From positions 1 to 38,673 of IMG/VR virus record IMGVR_UViG_3300020181_000020: a stretch of DNA of 38,673 nucleotides. The stretch is one strand, 5' to 3'. The notes below the pieces were generated by a model that made no database searches, was not told the origin of the DNA, and worked only from the letters and a program-made list of their open reading frames with translations. Below, one piece after another: positions 18,773-28,437 of this stretch (within the stretch, counting starts at the first letter, position 1; every line of letters begins with the position of its first letter). The stretch is from a virus. Its lineage: Duplodnaviria > Caudoviricetes. The position numbers and the translations under genes were made by a program.

Positions 18773-19791
18773 AGGCCGTTCTCCGAGCAATTAGGATTGA
18801 CGTGGAGGGGCAGACTGAAAGTAACTTTATGTGCTACTGCCCTTTCCACGGCAACCACGACACACCTAGTTTTACAGTAGACAAGAACAGTGGAATCTTC
18901 TTCTGCTTTAATCCGTCTTGTAACAAGAGTGGTACTTTGATGTATTTGATCAAGACCATTGGTAAGTTAAATGATTTCCAGGCGCTCAGGTTGATTGCGC
19001 GTAGCAAGCTGGATATCAACAAGGTAGTTGAGCAGCTAGAAACCTTAACTGAGGTCAGTGAGACTTGGACACCATATGTTCACAGGAATCGTGACGGTTC
19101 CAAGAATTCCAATTATCTAGCAGAAGTTAAGAGAGATATGTGGAGATATGCTGAGCCACAACTCTACATGCGCGATAGAGGATTTGAGAAGCAAACACTT
19201 AAGGACTTTGAGATTGGCTATGATACAGAACTTGATATGGTTTGCGTACCAATGCACGATCCTATGGGGCGTGTTGAAGTCGGAGCGGTACGCAGGTCTA
19301 TCGAGGGTAAGACGTTTAAGAATACTCCTGGGCTACCTACATCGAAAACACTATTCAATCTTCATAGAGCGAAGAGGACGGGCGATTCGGTAGTCATTGT
19401 TGAAGCTAGTTTCGATGTTATGAGGCTTTACCAATGTGGTTATCCTAACGCAGTCGGTTGCCTTATGGGTCATTTCTCAAAGGAGCATGCTGCTTTGTTG
19501 GGAAAGTATTTCAACACAATCACCATCATGGTAGACTATGATAAGAAGAAGTTCTACCCTAACTGTTCTAAGTGCAGGAAGATTGGTTCCAACCTCTGCA
19601 TAGGACACAATCCTGGCGAGGAACTAGGCGAGAAAATTGCTGAAATGATGAATACCAAGCGAGTTATGTGGGCTCATCACGGAGGCGCAACCCGGTTTCC
19701 TGAGGGTGCTAAGGACCCAGGAGATATGGACGATGAAACGATCCGGCATTCCATTAAGAATGCTGTATCAAACTTCGAATATCTCTCTTGA
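18712..19791 (+). CDS. dnaG: DNA primase (CHC2 zinc finger plus TOPRIM)
   Basis: CPFH...TPSF...FFCFNPSC; LFNLHRA; VIVEASFD; DYD; KDPGD. Confidence 0.9.
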   Translation: MADRGGLRWEDDSFYTEDQVEAVLRAIRIDVEGQTESNFMCYCPFHGNHDTPSFTVDKNSGIFFCFNPSCNKSGTLMYLIKTIGKLNDFQALRLIARSKLDINKVVEQLETLTEVSETWTPYVHRNRDGSKNSNYLAEVKRDMWRYAEPQLYMRDRGFEKQTLKDFEIGYDTELDMVCVPMHDPMGRVEVGAVRRSIEGKTFKNTPGLPTSKTLFNLHRAKRTGDSVVIVEASFDVMRLYQCGYPNAVGCLMGHFSKEHAALLGKYFNTITIMVDYDKKKFYPNCSKCRKIGSNLCIGHNPGEELGEKIAEMMNTKRVMWAHHGGATRFPEGAKDPGDMDDETIRHSIKNAVSNFEYLS

Positions 19792-19816
19792 CGTTTAATG
19801 CATCGTAGGGTACAAT
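19788..19816 (+). promoter_or_regulatory. SigA-type promoter for the SSB operon
   Basis: TTGACG-17nt-TACAAT; AGGAGA SD before ATG 19868. Confidence 0.7.
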
Positions 19817-19867
19817 AGTATGTAGAAGGGCAAAGCCCTCGAATATGAAACTAGGAGATATACTAAA

Positions 19868-20608
19868 ATGACACTAAAGGGATTGGCCGCATTCAAGGCC
19901 GAAAAGGCAAGGCAGGCAGCAGCCGCAGCGGAACGTGAGCGCCCAAGGGCGAATTACTTCAACTGGAAGCACAACAAGAATAAGGGTAAGCCGAACGAGG
20001 TATATGTTCGCTTCCTACAGGAGTTCGATGAGTCTATTCCGACTTTCAACGCAGAGCGTGGACTTCCTGTAATGTCGGTAGAGCACCAGGCTCCCGGTAA
20101 GGAAGGATTCAAGCGTCGTGCAAATTGCACTAAGGAATCCGAAGGGCAGTGTTACGCATGTGAGCGTCACCAGGAAGATCGTGACCTAGGTTGGCAGCAG
20201 CGTAAGAACTTCTACATTTGGGTACTAGTAGATTACAAGGATGGCGAAGGCCCACAGCCGGTTGTTCTTTCTCGTGGTTTCGGTTCCTCATTTGTTGAAG
20301 ACCTTATGCTTGAGGTCGAATTGGACCCAAACAACCAGATCACCGATAAGATGTGGATGATCATTAAGAGCGGTTCTGGAAAGCAGACCGCATGGAAGCT
20401 TCGTGAGGCAAAGGGCGTTGAGCTATATGACGACACCGATGTTGAGCTAATTGATTTGGAAGAGGCTGCATTGCGTCCAATTCCTTACGAGAAGCAGCCA
20501 GGCTACTACGGCGCGGTCTACAAGGACGGTGACCCGGTTGATGATGATTCAGACGAGGCACCAGCCGATAAGCCAGTACGCCAGGAAGCCGGAGAGCTTA
20601 CCTGGTAA
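19868..20608 (+). CDS. Single-stranded DNA-binding protein (T4 gp32-like)
   Basis: VRFL, H...C-x7-C-x2-C zinc motif, acidic tail ending in Trp; position after primase. Confidence 0.7.
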   Translation: MTLKGLAAFKAEKARQAAAAAERERPRANYFNWKHNKNKGKPNEVYVRFLQEFDESIPTFNAERGLPVMSVEHQAPGKEGFKRRANCTKESEGQCYACERHQEDRDLGWQQRKNFYIWVLVDYKDGEGPQPVVLSRGFGSSFVEDLMLEVELDPNNQITDKMWMIIKSGSGKQTAWKLREAKGVELYDDTDVELIDLEEAALRPIPYEKQPGYYGAVYKDGDPVDDDSDEAPADKPVRQEAGELTW

Positions 20609-20609
20609 T

Positions 20610-20915
20610 ATGAAGGATCGTTCCTTCTACACAGAATACCTTAAAAGCCAAAGGTGGCAAGCTAAGCGAGAGCTATGGTTTGCCACCTTTGGCCGGTATT
20701 GTAGGGCTTGTGGCACGACAACAGGCCAGATTCAATTGCACCACCTGACATATGAGCGCCTTGGAAATGAGCGCCTGTCAGATATGGTAGCATTGTGTGC
20801 AGAGTGCCACAGAGGCGCTGAGAAGTTCCACCGCATGATAGGCGGTCGGGGCGATAGGAGAACTGCAACAGCAGCCTTCATTAAGAAAAGGAGAAGTAGT
20901 GGACGAAGAATTTGA
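20610..20915 (+). CDS. HNH endonuclease
   Basis: YTEYLKSQRW...CRAC...LHHLTYERLGNE...LCAECH. Confidence 0.85.
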   Translation: MKDRSFYTEYLKSQRWQAKRELWFATFGRYCRACGTTTGQIQLHHLTYERLGNERLSDMVALCAECHRGAEKFHRMIGGRGDRRTATAAFIKKRRSSGRRI

Positions 20916-21165
20916 AGAGGTTTACCAAGAGGCCGTCAAGAATGACCTCTCAAACCTTAATTCAGCAATGGACCGGTTGATTGACAGCGTTAGTCGCTTT
21001 AAGTCAGCCGGTAGCTTTGATGCTTTAGATCAGAATGATTTTGCTAAGATGCTAGCCGATCTAGATTTTGCTAAGTTTATCGTAAGCGGAGTTATGTATT
21101 TACACGGAATGCCAATTTGTGGTCACGACCACGACGAGGAAGAGGATGAAGATGGACAAGGTTGA
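20899..21165 (+). CDS. Hypothetical acidic protein
   Basis: 88 aa, AAGGAG SD. Confidence 0.6.
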   Translation: MDEEFEEVYQEAVKNDLSNLNSAMDRLIDSVSRFKSAGSFDALDQNDFAKMLADLDFAKFIVSGVMYLHGMPICGHDHDEEEDEDGQG

Positions 21166-21391
21166 AGCATTTATTGCTATCAAGGAACAGCTTGACAGGG
21201 CATACGCTAAGCACGGTTCAGAGAAGTGGGGTAGGCACGAGTTCTATGGAGTTCTAAAGGAAGAAGTCGATGAACTTTGGGATGCGATTAAGGGTGACGA
21301 ACCTATGGAAAATGTCGTAGCTGAGGCATTACAGGTTGCAGCGGTTATTTTTAGATATCTAGAAACCGGAGATAGGTACGATTATGAATGA
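21152..21391 (+). CDS. MazG-like / all-alpha NTP pyrophosphatase-fold protein
   Basis: HEFYGVLKEEVDEL...EALQVAAV. Confidence 0.6.
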   Translation: MDKVEAFIAIKEQLDRAYAKHGSEKWGRHEFYGVLKEEVDELWDAIKGDEPMENVVAEALQVAAVIFRYLETGDRYDYE

Positions 21392-21590
21392 TTACCTTGG
21401 TGGCCTAAACATAAAGGGAGATATGCGTAAGGCAGAACCTGATGAAGCTGTTGAGTTAGACCTTATTTATAGTGAAAAATATGAGTCAGTTCTATTTGGT
21501 AAGCGTTACGCTTGGGGACAAGTTTCTACAACAGGACAGTGGCGAATCAGTCGTGTTCTTGAAGAGAATTTTAACGTTTTAGGAATATAA
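21384..21590 (+). CDS. Hypothetical protein
   Basis: 68 aa ORF coupled to the previous gene. Confidence 0.5.
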   Translation: MNDYLGGLNIKGDMRKAEPDEAVELDLIYSEKYESVLFGKRYAWGQVSTTGQWRISRVLEENFNVLGI

Positions 21591-21622
21591 GGGGTCGCTC
21601 CCATAAGCCAGGAAGGGAAACA

Positions 21623-21766
21623 ATGTCATACAAGCAATTAAGTGATAGTCAATTGAGGGCTATCAAGCTATTTATGAGTGCAGGTCATACAGACACGCAA
21701 ATTGCCAATCACTACAAGATTAGTGAGAGCTATGTTAGCGTTCTTAGAAGGACGTGGGGCAAGTGA
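21623..21766 (+). CDS. Small HTH protein (47 aa, not in ORF track)
   Basis: MSYKQLSDSQLRAIKLFMSAGHTDTQIANHYKISESYVSVLRRTWGK; GTGA overlap with dnaE. Confidence 0.6.
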   Translation: MSYKQLSDSQLRAIKLFMSAGHTDTQIANHYKISESYVSVLRRTWGK

Positions 21767-24700
21767 ACTACACTGAACTACATTTGCACGACCATTACTC
21801 AGCGTTGGACGGTTTGAATACCCCAAAAGAGTATATGAAGCGGGCCAAGGAAATAGGAATGACTCACCTGGCTCAGACAAATCACGGTACCCTGGCCGGT
21901 CACAGGGAATTTCAGGAAGCTGCTAAGGAAGCAGGCATTGTTCCCATTCTCGGTGTTGAGGGTTATATCTCAGAAACCGACAGGTTCGACCGTCGCGCAA
22001 AAGCTAAGCGCCAGGATGGTACAAACGTATATAACCACATCATTTTGCTGGCTCAGGACGATGCCGGTTTAAAGACTCTTAACAAGCTAAATGAGTTGGC
22101 TTGGACTGAGGGCTTCTATCACAAGCCACGTATTGATCTTGAGCTTCTAGAAGCACATAATGATGGTCTAATCATTACTTCCGGCTGTCTCTCTGGCTTG
22201 CTGGCTAAGGCAATTGAGCGTGGCGATATGCAAGCAGCAATCAACCACGCCAAGAACCTGAGCCGTATCGCCCCAGGCCGCTTTTACATTGAGGTCCAGG
22301 GTCACAACCCACCTGAACTAAACAAGGCGCTCCTAGAAATTGCTGACAGGCTGCAAATCCCTGCTGTGGCAACGAGTGACTGTCACTACGCCCGCGAGGA
22401 AGATTTGTGGGTAGAAGAGGCATTGCTAATTCTGTCTACGAACCCTAAGAAGCGCATGGGTGATTTTGACTTCTCTAAGTCTGAGAAGATGGATTTCTTG
22501 GATAGGTACAACTATATGTACCCTGACAGGACCATGACCTTTCAGGAATTTGGATTGTTCCTGCACACAGCAGAGCAGCACATGACTGTGTTTGCCAGGC
22601 AGGGTATTACTCGTACAGATATTTACGAGAACACGATGCAGGTTGCCGAGTCTATTGGTGAGTATCCATTCCACCAGGGACTTGATCTTTTGCCACAGCC
22701 AAAGGGTGAGGACCCTGACGAGATTCTATGGCGTAAGATTCGTGAAGGTATGCAACGCCTTGGTCACATTGGAATGAAGAAGTATGAGGACCGCGCCAAG
22801 AGCGAGTATGACATTATTGTGGCTAAGAAGTTCCCAACCTATATCCTCATCGTTGCCGATGCTATTCAGTGGGCAAAGAGCAAGGGTATTATGTGTGGTC
22901 CCGGTCGTGGTTCAGGTGCCGGTTCATATATCAACTATGCTCTAGGCATTACAGCACTTGACCCGGTACATTACAAGTTGCTGTTTGAGCGCTTTATCGA
23001 CCCTGAGCGTGACGACTACCCTGACATTGATATGGACTTCGAAGATAAGCGTCGTGACGAAGTTAAGGAATATCTACGTCGCAAGTATAAGAACGTTGCT
23101 TCAATTGCTACTTACACCTACTTCAAGGATAAGAATGTAATTAAGGACGCTGCTCGTGTGCTTCGTGTCCCGGTTGCTGAGGTTAACCGTGCAACAAAGA
23201 ATGTTGACGCGCCTCCTGGTGCAGACTACTTCGATTTCTTCATGGGCACTCAGCAGGGCAAGGAATTCAATGCTAAGTATCCTGACGTAATGAAGCTTGC
23301 TGGTGAACTTCGTGGTCGTATCCGTGGTGGCGGTATGCACGCAGCCGGTATTGTTATGGCTAAGATGGAGCTATCTGAGATTTCTCCTATCGAGACTGCT
23401 ACCAACCCAAGCGATAAGCAGGGAGCACGTATCTCTCTATTGGCTATGGATATGGACCAGGCTGCCGATGTTGGTCTGATTAAGTTTGACTTCCTTGGTC
23501 TTAAGACCCTGGCGGTTGTGGCTGATACGGTTAGGCTAATCAAGAAGCGTCATAACATCGACGTTGATCTATATGGACTCAACCTAGAGGATCAGAATGT
23601 ATACCGTATGCTTGCAGAGGGTAACACAAAGGGAGTATTCCAGTGTGAGGCTACGCCTTACACAAAGCTGCTTATGAAGATGAACGTAGACTCGTTCAAT
23701 GATTTGGCGGTTTCGAATGCTCTGATCCGCCCCGGTGCAATGAACGTCTTCGGTAATTCCTATCTTAAGCGTAAGGCAAAAAAGGAGAAGGCTGTAAAGG
23801 TTCACCCATTGGTTGACAAGTACATGGAGGAAACCTTTTACCTGCCAATTTACCAGGAACAGTCGATGCGTTTGGTAAGTGATCTGGCCGGTATGGGAAT
23901 GAGCCAGGCAAACAAGATTCGTAAGGTAACAGCTAAGAAGCAGGACGTTAAGCTATTGGCTGAATATCGTGAGAAGTTTGTTGCCGGTGCTCAGGAGCAC
24001 GTCGGAGTGGAAATGGCTGAATTCCTCTGGAACTCTATTGAGGAAACAGCTTCATACCAGTTCAACCTGTCTCACTCCGTGGCATATTCTCTGGTCTCCT
24101 ATTGGACGGCATGGCTTAAGTGCTACTATCCAAAGGAGTTCATGGTATCCCTGCTTAATAACGAAGGTGACAAGGATTCCATTACAGACTATATGATTGA
24201 AACGAAGCGTCTTGGAATGAAGATTCTTCTGCCACACATCAACAGGTCTGATGTTGGATTCTCTATTGAGGATGGAAACATTCGAATGGGCTTGATGAAC
24301 ATTAAGTATATCTCTGACATTACGGCTGCAAAGCTGATTGACAGGGCTCCGTATGAGAGCTATACTGAGTTGGCAGCATGGGTAGGAACTAAGGGTAATG
24401 GTCTAAATAGCCGTTGCTTGACTGGAATGAATGCCATTGGCGCAGCCCGGTTTGATGATAACCCATTGCACGGCGATGAGCGTAGCAACTTCTATGAGTA
24501 TCTAGGAATCCCTGAGTTCGATCTAGGCTCCGTGCCTGGTGTAATCCGCACTCAGCTAACATCATTAAATGAGTATGAAGAAAAGGGAGTTTTCCTGGTA
24601 CGTGGCATGGTTCGTAGCGTTCTTCGTAAGGACGGTTGGGCTCGTATTGATCTTCTTGACAACACTGGTAACGTTGGTATCTTCACTTCTGAGGACACCC

Positions 24701-25062
24701 CTATTGACAGTGGCGAGCTATACTACATCTTGGTTTCAGACAACAGAATCGCTTTGTTCTGCAAGGATGAGGAAGTAACCGAGAATAAGGAAGACCCGTT
24801 CGTTCAGTATTTGTGGGAGTTGGACTATCCAGATATGCCAGATAGTATGTATAAAGTAGTTTCCTTCTTCCCACGCAAGACCAAGAAGGGTACAGATATG
24901 GCTTACATGGTTGTCGCTGATAACCAGAAGAACCTGACCTCTGTGCTAGTCTTCGATTCACAGTTTAAAAAGGCATCAATCAAGTGCGTCCCTGGCGCGG
25001 TAATTGATGCAGACCTAGAAAGGATGCGTGATGGAGGAATCACCCTCAGAAACGTCCTATGA
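21763..25062 (+). CDS. dnaE: DNA polymerase III alpha subunit (DnaE-like)
   Basis: PHP HLHDHYSALDG; GRGSGAGS; LLFERF; PDIDMD; KFDFLGL; GVFQ; FNLSHS; probable start GTG 21763. Confidence 0.96.
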   Translation: MNYTELHLHDHYSALDGLNTPKEYMKRAKEIGMTHLAQTNHGTLAGHREFQEAAKEAGIVPILGVEGYISETDRFDRRAKAKRQDGTNVYNHIILLAQDDAGLKTLNKLNELAWTEGFYHKPRIDLELLEAHNDGLIITSGCLSGLLAKAIERGDMQAAINHAKNLSRIAPGRFYIEVQGHNPPELNKALLEIADRLQIPAVATSDCHYAREEDLWVEEALLILSTNPKKRMGDFDFSKSEKMDFLDRYNYMYPDRTMTFQEFGLFLHTAEQHMTVFARQGITRTDIYENTMQVAESIGEYPFHQGLDLLPQPKGEDPDEILWRKIREGMQRLGHIGMKKYEDRAKSEYDIIVAKKFPTYILIVADAIQWAKSKGIMCGPGRGSGAGSYINYALGITALDPVHYKLLFERFIDPERDDYPDIDMDFEDKRRDEVKEYLRRKYKNVASIATYTYFKDKNVIKDAARVLRVPVAEVNRATKNVDAPPGADYFDFFMGTQQGKEFNAKYPDVMKLAGELRGRIRGGGMHAAGIVMAKMELSEISPIETATNPSDKQGARISLLAMDMDQAADVGLIKFDFLGLKTLAVVADTVRLIKKRHNIDVDLYGLNLEDQNVYRMLAEGNTKGVFQCEATPYTKLLMKMNVDSFNDLAVSNALIRPGAMNVFGNSYLKRKAKKEKAVKVHPLVDKYMEETFYLPIYQEQSMRLVSDLAGMGMSQANKIRKVTAKKQDVKLLAEYREKFVAGAQEHVGVEMAEFLWNSIEETASYQFNLSHSVAYSLVSYWTAWLKCYYPKEFMVSLLNNEGDKDSITDYMIETKRLGMKILLPHINRSDVGFSIEDGNIRMGLMNIKYISDITAAKLIDRAPYESYTELAAWVGTKGNGLNSRCLTGMNAIGAARFDDNPLHGDERSNFYEYLGIPEFDLGSVPGVIRTQLTSLNEYEEKGVFLVRGMVRSVLRKDGWARIDLLDNTGNVGIFTSEDTPIDSGELYYILVSDNRIALFCKDEEVTENKEDPFVQYLWELDYPDMPDSMYKVVSFFPRKTKKGTDMAYMVVADNQKNLTSVLVFDSQFKKASIKCVPGAVIDADLERMRDGGITLRNVL

Positions 25063-25258
25063 TGAAGTAGTAGAGATGCTAACTTGGAATACAGCTATTC
25101 TAATTGCACTTCTAGATCATCATGGCGGCACAGTGAACGTCGAAAAGGAGTTGCTAGAAAGTATTGATCTTCGTAAGAGGGCAGTACGCATCGCCTTTAA
25201 CGAAGAAAGCATGACCTATATTGTAGAAAGTGGAGAGATTAACGATGCAGTTCAGTGA
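25028..25258 (+). CDS. Hypothetical protein
   Basis: 76 aa ORF overlapping both neighbours. Confidence 0.55.
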   Translation: MMEESPSETSYDEVVEMLTWNTAILIALLDHHGGTVNVEKELLESIDLRKRAVRIAFNEESMTYIVESGEINDAVQ

Positions 25259-25586
25259 TTACCAGGAGGTTGCGAAGTCTACGGCAATCTATCCTGAGTC
25301 TGGTACAGGAAGCTTTAATGCAGTTTCCTATACTATTCTAGGCTTGTCGAATGAGGCGGGCGAGGTAGCAGGTAAGCTAAAAAAGATTTGGCGTGATAAG
25401 GGTGGAGTAATCGACCAGGAAGCCAAGACTGAAATAGGGAAGGAGTTGGGTGACGTTCTTTGGTATCTCTCTGCTGCGGCAGAGGAACTAGGAATCGAGC
25501 TTAACGATACTGCCTCACAGAATTTACATAAGCTTTTAGATCGCCAGAAGCGCGGTGTGATCGGAGGAAGCGGTGATAACCGTTGA
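25245..25586 (+). CDS. MazG-like nucleotide pyrophosphohydrolase
   Basis: LGLSNEAGEVAGKLKK...ELGDVLWY...GSGDNR. Confidence 0.9.
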   Translation: MQFSDYQEVAKSTAIYPESGTGSFNAVSYTILGLSNEAGEVAGKLKKIWRDKGGVIDQEAKTEIGKELGDVLWYLSAAAEELGIELNDTASQNLHKLLDRQKRGVIGGSGDNR

Positions 25587-25674
25587 TTTTCTCTTGTTCT
25601 TTGTGCTACCATTGGTAGTAACAACCTTGTTTCTTTGGTGGTTCTTTGCCAAAGTAGTTTGGCCTGACGAGTAG
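25573..25674 (+). CDS. Small membrane peptide (33 aa, not in ORF track)
   Basis: GGAGG SD, GTG; ITVDFLLFFVLPLVVTTLFLWWFFAKVVWPDE, ending TAG. Confidence 0.5.
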   Translation: MITVDFLLFFVLPLVVTTLFLWWFFAKVVWPDE

Positions 25675-25736
25675 TACCGCGTTGGCCGGTCGCGGGTAAG
25701 AAATGACCGGCACTTAAAAATAAGGAATGATGATAA

Positions 25737-26801
25737 TTGAGTAATTTGGAAGCCTTCCTAGGAAAGCTTGACCCAAAGGTAGCCAAGACATTTAAGACGG
25801 CGCAGGAAATTACCAAGGAGTTCCTGCCCTCATCCAGCATCACAGTAAACTATGTGCTCGGCGGCGGTTTCGCCAGGGGCGCTATCACTACAGTCTACGG
25901 TAACGAGAGCGCCGGTAAGTCCGGTATGCTCATGGAAACTGTAGGACATTTGCAGAAGCTAGGCTTTGTTTGTGCCTGGGTTGATGTAGAGAACTCATTT
26001 GATACAAAGTGGGCAACGAGGCTTGGAGTAAATACCGAAGAGTTGTTTGTAATTCAGGAGCGTAGCTCAGGAGCAATTGGTGACAAGTTGGCTCCGCTGC
26101 TTAAGGCCGGTATTGATTTTGTAGTCATTGACTCTATCTCGGTAATCATGCCAGAGGTATTCCTTGAAGATGGAGAAATGAAGGACTACGATAAGCGTAA
26201 GCAGATTGGTGCTAATGCCAAGGCGACCGGTATTCTGTTGAATGGTATTCTCTACGACAACGATAGAACAGCCGTAGTTCTTATTAGTCAGACCCGCGCA
26301 AAGGACTCCGGTGGCGGTCATATGGCAATGAAGCCAACAGGAGGCCAGGCAGTTGTATTCGGTTCAAGTGCCATTCTTAAGCTGACTTCTAGCAATACTG
26401 AGAGCAACCAGAAGATGGGCAAGGTGTTCCTTGGAGATAAGGTTCACCAGTTGCCAATTGGTCGTGAGGTCAAGGTGTTCGGAGAAAAGAACAAGGTTGG
26501 TGTGCCTCAGCGCTCTGGTAATTATATCTTCTACTATGCTGGTGACAACGTAGGAATTGATCACGTTGATGAACTGGTAACAATGGGTAAGATGTATGGA
26601 TCAGTCCGTGCGGCAGGTGCCTGGGTTTACTTCGAAGAAGAGAAGTGGAACGGTCAGAATGCTTTTGTAGAAGAGCTTAAGAACAACCCTGATCTGTATA
26701 AGCGAGTCAAGGATGATACGGAAATGAAGATGACAGGGGAGGTAAAGGATGACGAACAATTGGGAAAAGTTCAAGCAGACGACACAGACACCGGCTGGTG
26801 A
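25737..26801 (+). CDS. recA: RecA/UvsX-like recombinase
   Basis: YGNESAGKS Walker A, WVDVE, VVIDSI, PTGGQA, KNKVG, AGAWV. Confidence 0.93.
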   Translation: MSNLEAFLGKLDPKVAKTFKTAQEITKEFLPSSSITVNYVLGGGFARGAITTVYGNESAGKSGMLMETVGHLQKLGFVCAWVDVENSFDTKWATRLGVNTEELFVIQERSSGAIGDKLAPLLKAGIDFVVIDSISVIMPEVFLEDGEMKDYDKRKQIGANAKATGILLNGILYDNDRTAVVLISQTRAKDSGGGHMAMKPTGGQAVVFGSSAILKLTSSNTESNQKMGKVFLGDKVHQLPIGREVKVFGEKNKVGVPQRSGNYIFYYAGDNVGIDHVDELVTMGKMYGSVRAAGAWVYFEEEKWNGQNAFVEELKNNPDLYKRVKDDTEMKMTGEVKDDEQLGKVQADDTDTGW

Positions 26802-26961
26802 ATCAAGGCCGCCAGGTCGCAAGATCGGCGGTGCTTACAGATGCCAGTTTTGCAAGGAAACTGTGATAGGAGCAACATACTATCCAAGCGACAGTGTATT
26901 GAAGTATACTTGCTCAGAAGAGCATACAAGTTTTATCGAGAACTTTAAGTTGGCATTTTGA
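26749..26961 (+). CDS. Small zinc-binding protein
   Basis: CQFC...CSEEH; GGAGG SD. Confidence 0.6.
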   Translation: MTNNWEKFKQTTQTPAGESRPPGRKIGGAYRCQFCKETVIGATYYPSDSVLKYTCSEEHTSFIENFKLAF

Positions 26962-27290
26962 TGGCTGATAAGAATAGTGAACTCAGAGAGCTTAAGAAGT
27001 ATGGTGCTAAGCCACAGAAGAACTCCGGTCGTGGAAAGCATGACAAGGGTGACGGTATTCTTGACGATCTGTTTATGATCGACGTTAAGGAGTACGAGAA
27101 GTCATATGGACTAAGCATTGATAGTTGGGCCAAGGTATGCACAGATGCATTCAAGGCCGGTGGTTACGAACCGTTAATTGGTGTGACTCTAGGCACAGGG
27201 AATAAAAAGGTTCGATTGGCTGTTATATCAAAGGATATGTTCGATGCCATGAAAGCCGCATATTTGAGAGAACAAGGGAATGTGGTATAA
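26961..27290 (+). CDS. PD-(D/E)xK Holliday junction resolvase-like protein
   Basis: E...NSGRG...KGD...IDVKE. Confidence 0.7.
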   Translation: MADKNSELRELKKYGAKPQKNSGRGKHDKGDGILDDLFMIDVKEYEKSYGLSIDSWAKVCTDAFKAGGYEPLIGVTLGTGNKKVRLAVISKDMFDAMKAAYLREQGNVV

Positions 27291-27625
27291 TGGATCAAGA
27301 GAAGAGTTTACTCGAAATGGTTTCCGATCTTTCGAAGGAACTAACCGAGATAAGCCTATACTTCAAGGACGACGATGTAGATATGGCATTGACGAAGCTG
27401 ACAAAGCTTATCGCCAATCCCCATGTGCCAGCCAATACCGCTAAGCCGTTGGTCGTTCAATTGCAAGCATTGAGCAGTAAGTTCGCATTAGAAGGCAAGG
27501 TTTATATGCTATATGACCTAGACATAACCAAGGAGGAAAAGACCAGAAAGAAGAACATGTTATTGACACTCTCAGCCGAATTAGAGAAGCTGTCAAACGC
27601 AGTTAAGTATTTGGTTAAAGATTAA
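27290..27625 (+). CDS. Hypothetical helical protein
   Basis: 111 aa, TAATG-coupled on both sides. Confidence 0.65.
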   Translation: MDQEKSLLEMVSDLSKELTEISLYFKDDDVDMALTKLTKLIANPHVPANTAKPLVVQLQALSSKFALEGKVYMLYDLDITKEEKTRKKNMLLTLSAELEKLSNAVKYLVKD

Positions 27626-28437
27626 TGTCACGACAAATGATTAAGGGCTTGAAGCTCAAGAACCAAGGCAACAAACTCAACGCATCTGACATTGCTCAGG
27701 CAATTGAGCAGGGTCTTCTCTCACAGAGAAGGCCCTCCAAGCCATTTACACAGAAGAAGACTTTTTCTCCGAGCAGTATCGGGTACGGGCATGGAACCTG
27801 TGCCCGTTTCTGGTTTATTGCTTTTAGTGGCACTGATAGTTGGCAAGACGACGTTGATTCAATGGGCGTAGCTAATATGGGTGTTGGGGCCGCTGTCCAT
27901 GATTATCTACAGGAGACCTTAAAGGCATCCGGCATGGTGGTTGAAGACGAAGTAGAGATTAAGCTAGAAGACCCACCGGTTCGCGGGTATCTAGATGCTA
28001 TTGTTAAGTGGAACGATGAAAACCTAGTATGTGAAATCAAGACTACTAGAGAAGATGCTTTTAGTTTCCGACAGATGAGCGGTAAGCCTATGACGAACCA
28101 TCTGATTCAGATTCTTCTGTACCTTAAGGCCACCGGTCTTAAAAGAGGATTTTTATTGTATGTAAATAAGAACGATCAAACCATGCTAGTCATTCCAGTA
28201 GAACTAAATGAGGCCAATGAGGCTTTGATTAACGAAGTTCTAGAATGGCTACGAACAGCAAGAGCAGCTTTTGATAACAATGACCTGCCAATCATTCCTT
28301 TTGTCCGAGCACGTAATTCAGGTGAGCCAAGCAACAAGATTTGTCGCTCATGCCCGGTACAGAAGGATTGTTTTAATAAGGAGATGTATGGCGAAGGCGT
28401 CGTAGACATTCCTCTTATGGAGGTTCCGAAGCTGTGA
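27625..28437 (+). CDS. Cas4-like PD-(D/E)xK exonuclease
   Basis: SPSSI..C, G..VH, GYLD, EIKT, QILLY, C-terminal C-x2-C-x5-C. Confidence 0.85.
   Translation: MSRQMIKGLKLKNQGNKLNASDIAQAIEQGLLSQRRPSKPFTQKKTFSPSSIGYGHGTCARFWFIAFSGTDSWQDDVDSMGVANMGVGAAVHDYLQETLKASGMVVEDEVEIKLEDPPVRGYLDAIVKWNDENLVCEIKTTREDAFSFRQMSGKPMTNHLIQILLYLKATGLKRGFLLYVNKNDQTMLVIPVELNEANEALINEVLEWLRTARAAFDNNDLPIIPFVRARNSGEPSNKICRSCPVQKDCFNKEMYGEGVVDIPLMEVPKL

Noticed and set aside
27625-28437. Cas4-like gene as part of a CRISPR-Cas system
   Set aside because: No direct-repeat/spacer array and no other cas genes in the window; solo Cas4-like nucleases are common in phage recombination modules.
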